A stretch of 64,000 nt of DNA. Source: a virus. Shown here piece by piece: positions 1 to 10,246 of the stretch (positions are counted from its first letter, which is position 1; every line of letters begins with the position of its first letter). A program made the position numbers and the translations under genes. The stretch spans positions 70,634 through 134,633 of the IMG/VR virus record IMGVR_UViG_3300023174_000067; one strand, written 5' to 3'. The notes below the pieces were generated by a model. That model did no database searches. It saw nothing but the letters and a program-made list of their open reading frames with translations, and was not told the DNA's origin.

Positions 1-1421
1 GCACTATCAAGTCTTACTAAATCTTGTCTTAAACCTCTAATATATCCTTTATTATATGCCCATTGTAATAAACTATCAAATCTTTCTTCAACAAACAATG
101 GAACATCTGCTCTTGGTTTACCAAAATTATCAACACCAAATACTTTAGGTAGATATGTTGAATCTGAAATACTGAATGATGTTTTAAATACAAAAGATTT
201 ACCGTCATCATTAGTTACATTAACTGCAAATGTTGAAAAAGGATTCTTTAATACCGCCGAATAAGTACCACTAAAATCTAAAGTAGTTGCACTTAATTCA
301 CTCACTTCATATTTTGGACCATCATGAGTCGCATTAAATGTAGAAATACCTCTTGACCTTAAAGTTGCAATAACCATATTATTATAGTTAGTGTAAGAAG
401 TACCTGTGTAATAGTATATTTTACCATGAACAGTACCTGAGAAACAATCTGGTTGTGTTGTAGTTGTTGTTGTATAAGGAGATGTAGTACTCGTTGTAAC
501 ACAAGGATTACTTTGAGTTGTTGTTGTAGTCGTAGAAGTTGTAGTGGTTGTTGTTTTAGGTAACATGGTCATATTAGACACAATAGTCCAAAATGAAAAT
601 CCACTATAAGCATCTACTAAACAGTTACTAAATTGATTGTAATACCAAGGGTCATTTTGTGGTGCTGAAAAATCGGCTAATGAATAACATACATTAGATA
701 CGTTATAAACATTAGTTTCACCAGTAAAAATAGGACTTAATAATACGTAATCTTCTTCAGATACAGTACCAAAATAACTAATTGATGTTAATTGTGAAGT
801 TGGATTGCTAAAAATACCCAATAATTGATTATTAATTTCCGTTCTTATTGTTGAAGAACCTCCATTAAATTCGGTATAAGCAACGTCCAATAAACTTTGA
901 ATATCGTCAGGAAAATTAGTTAAAAATGAAATAGAACCATTTTGATTTGAACATCCTGAGAAATCAACATCAAAAGAAAGTTCTACAATATCACAATTTA
1001 TATCACAAGTATTTGTTTCATAGTTTGGAGTTGATGTACAAACTTGATTAAAACCAACAGTAGTTGGGTCAACATTTGCGATTGTTTGAATAGACCATGA
1101 TGGTCCCGCATCATACCCTGACAATCCAAGAACCCTTGTCATGAACATTTGGTTAGATTGTTGTAAATATGCTTTAGCTATATATGCCGCTTCATATTTA
1201 GGTATTTGCGTGTTTATAAATTTTTCAGGAGTAGTTCCTCCAAAATAAGTTTGGAACTCATCATAACTTGATATAAAAATAGGTTCGAATGCAGGTCCTC
1301 TTAATGCTTCACCTACAATACCTAAAGTTGTTACACCAACACTTTGAGTTACAAAGCTTAAATCTCTTTCTGACGTATACACCCCTGGGGATACGAAAAC
1401 TTTACTGTTTGTTGCCATCAT
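1..1421 (-). CDS. Tail sheath protein (gp18-like); N-terminal part, runs off the window start
   Basis: Not in the ORF track. Translated by hand from ATG at 1421/1418: MATNSKVFVSPGVYTSERDLSF...GIVGEALRGPAFEPIFISSYDEFQTYFG, the typical contractile sheath N-terminus (SPGVY.E.D, GP...P..I.S..EF...FG). The frame is open to the window edge. Confidence 0.9.
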   Translation of the reverse strand, partial: MMATNSKVFVSPGVYTSERDLSFVTQSVGVTTLGIVGEALRGPAFEPIFISSYDEFQTYFGGTTPEKFINTQIPKYEAAYIAKAYLQQSNQMFMTRVLGLSGYDAGPSWSIQTIANVDPTTVGFNQVCTSTPNYETNTCDINCDIVELSFDVDFSGCSNQNGSISFLTNFPDDIQSLLDVAYTEFNGGSSTIRTEINNQLLGIFSNPTSQLTSISYFGTVSEEDYVLLSPIFTGETNVYNVSNVCYSLADFSAPQNDPWYYNQFSNCLVDAYSGFSFWTIVSNMTMLPKTTTTTTSTTTTTTQSNPCVTTSTTSPYTTTTTTQPDCFSGTVHGKIYYYTGTSYTNYNNMVIATLRSRGISTFNATHDGPKYEVSELSATTLDFSGTYSAVLKNPFSTFAVNVTNDDGKSFVFKTSFSISDSTYLPKVFGVDNFGKPRADVPLFVEERFDSLLQWAYNKGYIRGLRQDLVRLDS

Positions 1422-1454
1422 TCTTATTTTTTCTTTGTATGATTTATTTTATCA

Positions 1455-1461
1455 ATAAATA
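1455..1461 (-). promoter_or_regulatory. Putative late promoter TATTTAT upstream of the tail sheath gene
   Basis: Same heptamer found a short distance upstream of most structural genes in the window (see findings). Confidence 0.6.
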
Positions 1462-1549
1462 TTTGTTTTTGTACGAAAAAACTTTACTTTTAAAAAGATA
1501 TTTATATTATGGCAGATTATTTTCTTCCTTTTTTCTGCCTATTTAAATT

Positions 1550-1711
1550 ATGGAAAACAAAAAGAAAATAAAAAATCTTAAGATATCTGTAGAATCACAT
1601 GAGGTATTAAAAAAATATTGTGATAAAAGAGGTATTAAAATTTATAAGTTTTTAGAAAATTTAATTTTAGAGAAATGTAAAGAAAAGAAAGATATCTATG
1701 GTGAAAATTAA
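1550..1711 (+). CDS. Small ribbon-helix-helix-like DNA-binding protein (53 aa)
   Basis: Below the ORF-track cutoff. MENKKKIKNLKISVESHEVLKKYCDKRGIKIYKFLENLILEKCKEKKDIYGEN has a beta strand followed by two helices, as in RHH proteins. It fills the intergenic gap. Confidence 0.6.
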   Translation: MENKKKIKNLKISVESHEVLKKYCDKRGIKIYKFLENLILEKCKEKKDIYGEN

Positions 1712-2751
1712 ACTATATTAGCCACAAGTTCTATTGACGAATCTTGGTTACTATCTGTTTTACTTATTTCAAATCTAATTTCATCTCCACTATTAATTAA
1801 TATTTTAATCATATTAGAACCGAAAAATTGGTTATTAATAAAAATATCATAACTTGAAATATTTTGTGTATTTATTACTGACAAATCAACTCTATCGTAA
1901 AATGTTTTAGTGTAAGTTGTTGTGCCGCCAGTTAATGATATGTTAATTGGGTAACTTGACGGATTCTCTAATTTTTGTCTTTTTCCTTTTCCTCTTTTTT
2001 CACCAGTTACTTCATGTATCTGAAATAATCTTTCGACCGCAGGTTTAACTTCAAACTCATCTTCATCAATTAAAAATCCAAGAAGTATAAATTCATAACT
2101 TTGTATATAATATTTTCTTTTTTCAATCTCCATAACAGAAGCATCGTCACTAATGTTATTCCAAATAATTGGAATATAATGACCTTTTATAACAGTATAT
2201 GCTTGTCTTGATGAAAATTTTTGTAATATAATCTTATTAAGAGAATTTAACTCTCTCATTCTATTACAAACAATTTTAACATTATATGTTATATCAACAG
2301 GAACAGGTTGAGGTATAGTATAAACATCTATATTCATTCTATTACCATCAAAACTTGGTACTGATGCATAATAAAACTGTTTTCTATTTGGTATTGTATA
2401 TAACAAAGCAGGATTTGAACCATACTTAATTTCAGGTTGTCTAACTACAGTTATAAATGGTGGTGATGTATTTTTATCTAAGTCTTGGAAATTCCAAGTT
2501 TGAGTAAATTGAGTCCAATTTTGTGTTGTTACTAAAATATCCACTGTTGGTATTGTTTTTCCTTCAACAACAACCTTAAGGTCATCTTTAACAAAATCTA
2601 AAAATCCTTTATCCAAATCGGCATGTAATATCGATTTAGGTAAAAAAGTACCGTGTTCATTTATTTTATCTAATAATTCAAGTCTTCTTGGATAAAGAGT
2701 CCTATAATGTGTTAGATTAATATCTTTTTTTATTTTTTTAGGAAATGGCAT
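1708..2751 (-). CDS. Tail terminator / sheath stabiliser (gp15-like)
   Basis: QPVPVDITYNVKIV...LNKIILQKF resembles the T4 gp15 PVPY.I.F.L.I...QILP.F segment. It lies next to the sheath gene. Confidence 0.6.
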   Translation of the reverse strand: MPFPKKIKKDINLTHYRTLYPRRLELLDKINEHGTFLPKSILHADLDKGFLDFVKDDLKVVVEGKTIPTVDILVTTQNWTQFTQTWNFQDLDKNTSPPFITVVRQPEIKYGSNPALLYTIPNRKQFYYASVPSFDGNRMNIDVYTIPQPVPVDITYNVKIVCNRMRELNSLNKIILQKFSSRQAYTVIKGHYIPIIWNNISDDASVMEIEKRKYYIQSYEFILLGFLIDEDEFEVKPAVERLFQIHEVTGEKRGKGKRQKLENPSSYPINISLTGGTTTYTKTFYDRVDLSVINTQNISSYDIFINNQFFGSNMIKILINSGDEIRFEISKTDSNQDSSIELVANIV

Positions 2752-2753
2752 AA

Positions 2754-3269
2754 TTATAATCCTCTAAATTCATTTTGACTCACAGGAGAAGCCTTTATAC
2801 TTCTATAAAATGGTTTATATCCTGCATAAGTATGTTTATTGTCTGAAACAACTCTACCATCATTATTAACCACATAATATCTAACTCTTGTTTCAGTTTC
2901 ATAATACCCTAAGTAATCACCATAAGAAATATCGATATTTAATTCATCAAGATGTTTTTGATATACCCCTATCTCTATATTACCAGGTTCAAATTGTTCA
3001 ATTTTTGAACTACCCATTAATTTATTTTCAGGTGCTAATATTTTAACATACGCTTTAAATTCTACAGGTGTTAAAAATTTAATACCGTCCGAAACTGTTT
3101 CGCCATAAACATCGTCTGTTTTGGTTTTATATCTATCTACACGATATAATACCAAAGTAAAATTCATATCACCATGTAACCACTCCTCACCCATATTTAT
3201 ATCTAAATCAAAGTCTTCGGCTCCAAAAAATTTACCTAACCTTGTAATTGGTACTTTATTATTTGACAT
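2754..3269 (-). CDS. Putative neck/head-closure protein (gp14-like)
   Basis: DDVYGE motif, beta-rich sequence and GD.L.Y pattern; located in the neck-terminator-sheath block behind a TATTTAT motif (3274-3280). Confidence 0.5.
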   Translation of the reverse strand: MSNNKVPITRLGKFFGAEDFDLDINMGEEWLHGDMNFTLVLYRVDRYKTKTDDVYGETVSDGIKFLTPVEFKAYVKILAPENKLMGSSKIEQFEPGNIEIGVYQKHLDELNIDISYGDYLGYYETETRVRYYVVNNDGRVVSDNKHTYAGYKPFYRSIKASPVSQNEFRGL

Positions 3270-3317
3270 ATTGATAAATATTTATAAAATTGTTATTATT
3301 AACTAAATAATGTTTTT

Positions 3318-5078
3318 TTGGAAAATAGCACACATTTAATAGAACGAACAGCATTAAATATTTTGGATTCTTATGAGGGTGCAAATAATTATATACTTAA
3401 ATTAAAACGACAAAAACAAGTTAATAATAAGTTTTACCCTACTCGTGCTCAATCAGACTATATTATTAATTTTCACAATGTTCAACCTAAAGTAGCTAAG
3501 AAATGGGTTGATTTAGACCCCTACTTCGCTCAAAAAATTGCAGATGAAAAATTGTACACTATAGTACCTGAACAGATTTGGGTCGAGAAATTATTAGTTG
3601 AGAAAGATAAATCATATCATATTTGGGGTAAGGTTTTTAGTGGAGAGACCATACATGATTTTTGGTTACCTAAAAACTCAATAATTAAAACACATAAGGT
3701 AGAACAAGTTCAAATTGATTATACCAAATATGACCATCGTCCCCCATTAGGTCATCAGAAAGAGGCCATTGAAAAATTGGTTGGTAGTAAAAGATTTATA
3801 TTAGCAGATGATATGGGATTGGGTAAAACTACATCAACCATTATCGCTGCATTAGAAACAGGAGCCAAAAAGATTTTAATTATTTGTCCCGCATCCCTTA
3901 AGATAAATTGGCAAAGAGAGATTGCGAATTATAGTGATAAAAGTGTTTTTATTTGTGAGGGTAAAAATTTCTCAACCGAACACGATTTTGTTATTACCAA
4001 TTACGATATTATTAAAAATTTTTATGATATAAAAGACAAAGAGAATAGTCCAATTTATCAATGTAATTTTGATTTAATAATAATTGATGAGGCCCATTAT
4101 CTTCAGAATGTTCAAGCTCAAAGAACTAAACTTATTAATAGTTTTGCTAAAAGAGCCGATAAGTTATGGTTATTAACAGGAACTCCAATGACATCAAGGC
4201 CAATCAATTATTATAATTTATTAAGTTTAATTGAAAACCCTGTTGCTGGAAATTGGATGGCCTATGTTATTAGGTATTGTGAAGGATATCAATTTAGAGT
4301 CGGTGGAAATAGAAAAATATGGAATACAAATGGGGCTTCCAATCTTGAAGAACTTAGAGATAGAACATCTAAACAAGTGTTGAGAAGATTAAAAGAAGAT
4401 GTTTTAGATTTACCTGACAAGATTATCACACCAGTTTATTTGAGATTAAGGTCAAGATTATATGAGGAACTAATGGGTGAATATTATGATTGGTATAAAA
4501 CCAAGGCCGAAGAATCATCATCTATGACATTACAATTTACCAAACTCACAAAAGTTAGACAGATAATTGCGGATGAAAAAATAGAGTCGTCAATAGAACT
4601 TGCCGAAAATATTGTGGAACAAGGAAAGAAAGTTATTATATTTACAAACTTTACCGCATCTCTACAAAAATTGGTGGAACATTTTGGGAAAAAAGCGGTC
4701 TATGTTGATGGTAGTTGTTCTCCCGCTAAAAGACAAAATGCTGTGGATGAATTCCAAACGAATGATAAAATAAAAGTATTTGTTGGAAATCTTAAAGCTG
4801 CTGGTGTTGGTTTAACATTAACTGCGGGTGAAGCCGTAATTATGAATGACCTATCATTTGTCCCCTCTGACCATAGTCAAGGAGAAGACAGAGCGTATAG
4901 ATATGGACAAAAATCAAACGTTTCAGTTTATTATCCAATATTTGAAAATACTATTGAAGGTGTTATATATGATATTTTATCCAAAAAGAAAAATATTTTT
5001 GAAACTGTAATGGGTGATAATTTAGACAAAGCAGATGTTGTTGAGGAAATTATGAAACTAATAAACAATAAATCTTAA
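3318..5078 (+). CDS. SNF2-family (SMARCAL1/HARP-like) helicase/ATPase
   Basis: LADDMGLGKT (Walker A), DEAH, LTGTP, AAGVGLTLT and QGEDRAYRYGQ motifs; TTG start. Confidence 0.92.
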   Translation: MENSTHLIERTALNILDSYEGANNYILKLKRQKQVNNKFYPTRAQSDYIINFHNVQPKVAKKWVDLDPYFAQKIADEKLYTIVPEQIWVEKLLVEKDKSYHIWGKVFSGETIHDFWLPKNSIIKTHKVEQVQIDYTKYDHRPPLGHQKEAIEKLVGSKRFILADDMGLGKTTSTIIAALETGAKKILIICPASLKINWQREIANYSDKSVFICEGKNFSTEHDFVITNYDIIKNFYDIKDKENSPIYQCNFDLIIIDEAHYLQNVQAQRTKLINSFAKRADKLWLLTGTPMTSRPINYYNLLSLIENPVAGNWMAYVIRYCEGYQFRVGGNRKIWNTNGASNLEELRDRTSKQVLRRLKEDVLDLPDKIITPVYLRLRSRLYEELMGEYYDWYKTKAEESSSMTLQFTKLTKVRQIIADEKIESSIELAENIVEQGKKVIIFTNFTASLQKLVEHFGKKAVYVDGSCSPAKRQNAVDEFQTNDKIKVFVGNLKAAGVGLTLTAGEAVIMNDLSFVPSDHSQGEDRAYRYGQKSNVSVYYPIFENTIEGVIYDILSKKKNIFETVMGDNLDKADVVEEIMKLINNKS

Positions 5079-5103
5079 TATTTATTATTAAAACTTATTT
5101 TGT

Positions 5104-5856
5104 ATGAAAAATTTAGTTAATCAAATTGAAAAATTAGAAGAAGAAATTGTGAAGAAAGAAAATAAAAATAATGAAAAATTTTTCATAAATGAAATGAGGA
5201 AAATTGGAATTGAAAGGTTACCATATTCTCAATCAGCTTTAAAAAGATTTATTGACCCCGAAACGATGAGTGTTCATTATAATAAACATTATAAAGGATA
5301 TGTTGAAAAATTAAATTTGGCGTTAGAAAAAGAAAAATTTGGGGATTTAGATTTAGAACATATTGTTAAAACTATCAGTAAATTTAATAAAACAATTAGA
5401 AATAATGCGGGAGGTGCTTACAACCACGCATTATTTTGGAAAATGTTATCACCAACAGTTCAAAAACCAAAAGAGTTAGTATCCCAAAGAATTATAAAAG
5501 ACTTTGGAAGTTTCCCTGAGTTTAAGAAAAAATTTAATGAGATTGCAAAAGAAAGATTTGGTTCGGGTTGGGTTTGGTTAGTTGTGACTAATAACAACAC
5601 ATTAAAAATTATGTCAACTCCTAATCAAGATAATCCACTAATGAATGACGTAGAAAATGGTGGATACCCTATATTAGGTCTTGATTTATGGGAACACGCT
5701 TATTATTTAAAATACAGAAATAGAAGAGACGATTACATTAAAAAGTTTTGGGATGTTGTTAATTGGACTTTTGTTGAAAAACTTTACAAGATGAAATTAG
5801 AAACTAAAATAAATGAAGGTACTGTTATGACAGAACTTAAACTAAACATAAAATAG
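5104..5856 (+). CDS. sodA: Fe/Mn superoxide dismutase (Mn-type signature) with N- and C-terminal extensions
   Basis: HYNKHYKGY, NNAGGAYNH, FGSGWVWL, NQD and DLWEHAYY motifs. Confidence 0.93.
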   Translation: MKNLVNQIEKLEEEIVKKENKNNEKFFINEMRKIGIERLPYSQSALKRFIDPETMSVHYNKHYKGYVEKLNLALEKEKFGDLDLEHIVKTISKFNKTIRNNAGGAYNHALFWKMLSPTVQKPKELVSQRIIKDFGSFPEFKKKFNEIAKERFGSGWVWLVVTNNNTLKIMSTPNQDNPLMNDVENGGYPILGLDLWEHAYYLKYRNRRDDYIKKFWDVVNWTFVEKLYKMKLETKINEGTVMTELKLNIK

Positions 5857-5897
5857 CATTTATTAGTTGTTTAGAATATTTATCATAAAAGAATATA

Positions 5898-7010
5898 ATG
5901 TCAATAATCTCAGAACCACAAAGAACAAAATTATATAATAGAGTTAAACACTTACTTGGGGCTCCATTAAGAAGTGTTGAACTTGATGATGAAATGCTGG
6001 ATTCTTTATTAGAATTAGCAATCGGTGACTACTCTCAATATATACAAGATTGGTTAATTGAGTCTCAATGGTCCGCATTACAAAATTTAAATTTAGACGA
6101 ACAATCATTAACAAGAGCATTTATAACTAGAAGTTTAGATTATGAAACAAGATATAGTTATGCTTATTCAAAAATTGTGGGACTTCAAACAGGTGGTGAT
6201 TGGGTATTAAAAAAAGATTACATTGTTTTACAACAAAAACAACAATTATACGAAATTCCTGCAGGAAGAGAAATTAATGAACTTTTATGGTACACCCCAC
6301 CAACATTGAATAATGTGTTATTTGACCCGTGGGCTTTTGGAGCTATGGGTGGGCCAGGACTTGGAGGTACGGGTGGATTTGCTCAATTAGGTTATTCAGG
6401 TTCTTACACCATGATGCCAGCATTTGATATGTTATTGAGAATGCAAGAAACTAACATCCAAAGAAGAATAATTGGTGGCGACTTAACTTATAGAATAACG
6501 GCTTTACCTGATGGTAAAAAAATGATTCATTTAATGAACACACCTGGTGGTAAATGGGATTTTGGAAATGCATCATTTCATAACGGAAAAGTTTGGTATT
6601 GGTATTATGATGTTGACGGTGCAGATAGAGACGACTGTTTAAGAAAGAATCCAGATATAGTTAAATTACCTTCTGATGTTCCAATTGATGAAATATCTTG
6701 GGATGAGTTAAATAATCCCGCACAACAATGGGTTAGAAGATGGTTTATCGGTCTTTGTAAAGAAACTTTAGGTAGGGTTAGAGGTAAATATAGTGGTAAT
6801 CTTAAAACACCAGATAGTGAGTTAACTATGGATTATACAAGTTTATTAACTGAGGGTAAAGATGAAAGAGATAAACTTAAAGAAGAATTGATGGCAAGAC
6901 TTGAAAGAATGAGACCTGAAAAAATGATGGAAAAAGAAGCTTTGACCGCCGAAAATTTAAACAAGGCAATGAAGTTTAGAGCATTCCCTCGTCAAATATA
7001 TGTAATATAA
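5898..7010 (+). CDS. Neck / head-tail adaptor protein (gp13-like)
   Basis: LGAPLRSVELDDEMLD matches T4 gp13 LGAPIINVELT; C-terminal WVRRW...KETLGRVRGKY is also gp13-like. Confidence 0.8.
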   Translation: MSIISEPQRTKLYNRVKHLLGAPLRSVELDDEMLDSLLELAIGDYSQYIQDWLIESQWSALQNLNLDEQSLTRAFITRSLDYETRYSYAYSKIVGLQTGGDWVLKKDYIVLQQKQQLYEIPAGREINELLWYTPPTLNNVLFDPWAFGAMGGPGLGGTGGFAQLGYSGSYTMMPAFDMLLRMQETNIQRRIIGGDLTYRITALPDGKKMIHLMNTPGGKWDFGNASFHNGKVWYWYYDVDGADRDDCLRKNPDIVKLPSDVPIDEISWDELNNPAQQWVRRWFIGLCKETLGRVRGKYSGNLKTPDSELTMDYTSLLTEGKDERDKLKEELMARLERMRPEKMMEKEALTAENLNKAMKFRAFPRQIYVI

Positions 7011-7013
7011 TTT

Positions 7014-7349
7014 ATGGCTGTTGTTAGAAATGCCCCATACGAAAGATTAATAAACGGAAAATTGGTTTTTTTACCAGATTCTGCTATTGTTTCAGATAAC
7101 AATTTTACCACAAAAGGTGAAAATATTGTTATTGTAAAAAATGTTGAAAGTTGTACCATAAGACTAGACCACACAACAACTGAAAAAATTACAATTAAAG
7201 CGTTAACTAAAGTTTTAATTATCCCACTATTAGGTCAAATAGACGATGAATACGATGAAATATTCATTGACAAAGGAGCTTGTGTTGAATTCGCCTATTG
7301 TGCTGGTGGTTGGTATATATTAAGTTCAGATGGATTAAAAATGTCTTAA
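7014..7349 (+). CDS. Hypothetical beta-rich protein
   Basis: 111 aa ORF closely following the neck gene. Confidence 0.6.
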   Translation: MAVVRNAPYERLINGKLVFLPDSAIVSDNNFTTKGENIVIVKNVESCTIRLDHTTTEKITIKALTKVLIIPLLGQIDDEYDEIFIDKGACVEFAYCAGGWYILSSDGLKMS

Positions 7350-10138
7350 ACATATTCTTCCCATCCATCTGAAGCTAATTCATACATGTAATCAGGGTTT
7401 AAACCTCTTTTATCCCAATACTTTAATTCGTCTTCTGAGATATCTAAAACATCTTCTTGTAATCTATCTTGGTCACCTTGTTCAAATGGTAATCCATTAA
7501 TAAGTTCACATTGTTCTTTAGTATACAATCCTCTATTTTCAGGGTCTAAAACAATTAATGAATTTCTAACTTCTTCTTTAAAAACAACAAGTAATGGTTC
7601 AATACGTTTATTGAAAGTTGCAATTGCTCTAGACACATTATATTCTCCCGTCATATCAGGATTGTTTTCTAACTCACCAACATCTAACATGTAACAATTA
7701 ATTTTAACTACAGAATCAATACCATCTTTAGGTAGTGGTTGATTATTTGCAGTGTAGTAATCCACTATTTCTTTACTCCACCCACTCTTTAATTTACCGA
7801 CTTTTTGAACATCACCGTGAGAGGCTTTTGTTCCATTATTAACATAAAAGATTACATCCCCAAGATTTACATTTAAGTTATGTTTAATTGCTAGTTCCAT
7901 ATGTGCCATCATAGACATTGCACCTCCAGCCTTTGTTTTCTGTGTCGACCTTTTTCTATAGTCTTCCATAGAAAGTTTAACCTTAGCTCTTTGAGCAATC
8001 TTCTTTAATGGTATTTTTTTATCAAATATTCTTTGTAGGTATTCATAATACCACTCAACAAATCCACTACCATTACCTTCTAATAATAATTTAACTCCCT
8101 TATCCAAGAACTCCTCTATATACAATGGTAGTTTTTTAGATTTAATAGTATTACCTGTTAGTTTAACCTTACCCTTAGCATCCATAACCGCATAGTTCTT
8201 ACGTGCAAGATTAATACAAGACGGCCAAGTACCATCGGTATCTAACGCCATCTCACCCCTCATAAATAAATCATTAAACTCGGCAACGTCAGCATCATCA
8301 CCCTTATACTCCTTACCCTCTTTAACCTTCCAATTTAGACCTTTACCGATATAACGTCTATTCTCCCAATCATCAGGTTTGGAGAAGTTTACGCCGTCCG
8401 TATCCATCACCAGAGGGGTATATCCACGTTTCATAAAGAACTTAATCATCATACGAAGATATTGTCTACCCGTACAAGTAATCTGTTCTCCCATGTACAT
8501 ATCACCCCACGCAAATACCTGTGGTGCGGATAACGCACCGAACATACTGTTAATGAATATCTTAATTGGTAATTGTTTTCTATCATACGATAATGATTTC
8601 TTTGGGTCTTCCTTTTCAAATTGTCCTGCTAAGTTTTTATAAAGAATACGAGTATCACGGAAATACTTAAGCATTGCTTTCATACCACCCGTAACGTCAC
8701 ACTCTGGAAATACATCATGAACAAGTTGTATTGATGGATATAGTGAACTAAAATCAAGTTTAAGTACGTTTCTTGAATACCCTACTCTTAATAGTCTTGA
8801 TAACCCACCCACAAAATCAGTCTTACCTTGTTTTTCAGGAATAGCTAATTTAAATTTATAAGACCATGCCAACATCAACATCTTCCATAGAGTTGCGGTA
8901 CCCATAGTTGATACTCTTTCATACGTTGTTGGTATCATAGATGCAAGTAGGAAAGAACCTTGATTAAACTCTTCATCAACCTTCAATGTTTCTTCCAAAT
9001 CATCATCAAGATATCTCTCAACGATATTATCTCCCGTTGTTTTTAAATAGACATTTGGAAATTTAATATCTAGGTCATTAAACTCAGGTTTATCTGCTTT
9101 CTTATATTTACCATTCTGAATATTTAACCAATACTCCTCTTTCTTAGCATACATAGAACCAATATCTGTGTGGTCAATGTAAACACGGTCAGGTGCCTCA
9201 GCTTGAATATATTGGGTAATATATTTCAAACCCGCCGACTTTATACTTGAATTAATTGCTTGAGCTCTTCTTACCGCATGGATAATATCAATTGTATTAT
9301 AACCCCATATTGATACTTGATTAAATTTCTCAACCTCATTAGCGAGTTTTAACATACTCTCTGATTGTGAGATAGTTTTAGTAGGATTTAACGACCTACA
9401 AATTTTCTTAATATCTAAATTCAAGGACTTACATCTTTCAAATATCCAATACCAATCGAAGTTTGCCGAATTATAACCACCAATAATTGTTGGTTTTATT
9501 TCATCAATAACATTGAAGAACTCTATTAAACCATTTCTTTCTTGTTCTTCGGTTGCACACTCAATCACTCTCTGATAACCTTTATTGGTTTTCATACCTA
9601 TCATGAATATACGACCATCCTTTGGTTCTAGTGCGGTTGTCTCCAAGTCAAATACGAAACGAGTAATATCGTTATATTCTTCGTAACCTTTAAATAATCT
9701 TTTTTCTTTTGAAATTAAATATTGTTCTACAGGAGGTAGAATAAGTATCTTGTCTTTAGCTCTATCGGACCATGGGTCTAATCCACCATCTCTGAAAAAT
9801 TGTATTAGCGTACGATAACCTTTTAAAGACTTAACCATAAATTTAAGTCCTCTTTCTAATCTTTCGTTTCCTTTTGTTTCTAATTTTTCTATGACAATAC
9901 TATACTTTGTCATAGCTTCCTTCTGTAATGCTTTAGAATCTTGGTAAAAGTTTAAATTACGTAAATCTCCTACCCATGCAAATGCAATAAATGTATCTCT
10001 TTGGATTACTTTACCTGTAGTTGGTATTTCTTTAATCTTGTAAATACAGTCTTTCATGTAATCAAATTCTACACAGACTATATGTTCTTCGGGGTCATTC
10101 CCTTCTAAGAATGATTTAATTTCTTCTTGACTAATCAT
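7346..10138 (-). CDS. Family B DNA polymerase with 3'-5' exonuclease domain
   Basis: FDLET (ExoI), GYNSANFD (ExoII), DFSSLYPS (motif A), KIFINSMFG (motif B), DTDG (motif C). Confidence 0.95.
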   Translation of the reverse strand: MISQEEIKSFLEGNDPEEHIVCVEFDYMKDCIYKIKEIPTTGKVIQRDTFIAFAWVGDLRNLNFYQDSKALQKEAMTKYSIVIEKLETKGNERLERGLKFMVKSLKGYRTLIQFFRDGGLDPWSDRAKDKILILPPVEQYLISKEKRLFKGYEEYNDITRFVFDLETTALEPKDGRIFMIGMKTNKGYQRVIECATEEQERNGLIEFFNVIDEIKPTIIGGYNSANFDWYWIFERCKSLNLDIKKICRSLNPTKTISQSESMLKLANEVEKFNQVSIWGYNTIDIIHAVRRAQAINSSIKSAGLKYITQYIQAEAPDRVYIDHTDIGSMYAKKEEYWLNIQNGKYKKADKPEFNDLDIKFPNVYLKTTGDNIVERYLDDDLEETLKVDEEFNQGSFLLASMIPTTYERVSTMGTATLWKMLMLAWSYKFKLAIPEKQGKTDFVGGLSRLLRVGYSRNVLKLDFSSLYPSIQLVHDVFPECDVTGGMKAMLKYFRDTRILYKNLAGQFEKEDPKKSLSYDRKQLPIKIFINSMFGALSAPQVFAWGDMYMGEQITCTGRQYLRMMIKFFMKRGYTPLVMDTDGVNFSKPDDWENRRYIGKGLNWKVKEGKEYKGDDADVAEFNDLFMRGEMALDTDGTWPSCINLARKNYAVMDAKGKVKLTGNTIKSKKLPLYIEEFLDKGVKLLLEGNGSGFVEWYYEYLQRIFDKKIPLKKIAQRAKVKLSMEDYRKRSTQKTKAGGAMSMMAHMELAIKHNLNVNLGDVIFYVNNGTKASHGDVQKVGKLKSGWSKEIVDYYTANNQPLPKDGIDSVVKINCYMLDVGELENNPDMTGEYNVSRAIATFNKRIEPLLVVFKEEVRNSLIVLDPENRGLYTKEQCELINGLPFEQGDQDRLQEDVLDISEDELKYWDKRGLNPDYMYELASDGWEEYV

Positions 10139-10168
10139 TATTAATATCTATTTAAGTGGTCTATTTGC

Positions 10169-10186
10169 TGTCGTACATTGACGACA
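10169..10186 (-). promoter_or_regulatory. Hairpin in the DNA polymerase 5' leader
   Basis: TGTCGT-acattg-ACGACA inverted repeat about 30 nt upstream of the pol start, unusually GC-rich for this genome, with no U-tract. Confidence 0.4.
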
Positions 10187-10203
10187 TTTACCTTACTTTA
10201 ATA

Positions 10204-10232
10204 AATATAAAAACTTAGTATGAGGATGTCAA
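10204..10232 (-). promoter_or_regulatory. Putative promoter TTGACA-N17-TATATT for the DNA polymerase gene
   Basis: Exact TTGACA with a 17-nt spacer on the minus strand; overlaps a TATTTAT at 10201-10207. Confidence 0.5.
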
Positions 10233-10246
10233 TTTTGTTTTTTATA

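Noticed and set aside
29-1546. ORF-track calls 29-211 and 1289-1546
   Set aside because: Out-of-frame or antisense to the tail sheath gene, which the track missed because it runs off the window.
7346-10138. Intein or intron in the DNA polymerase
   Set aside because: The ORF is continuous and of ordinary length, with no intein splice motifs or homing endonuclease visible.
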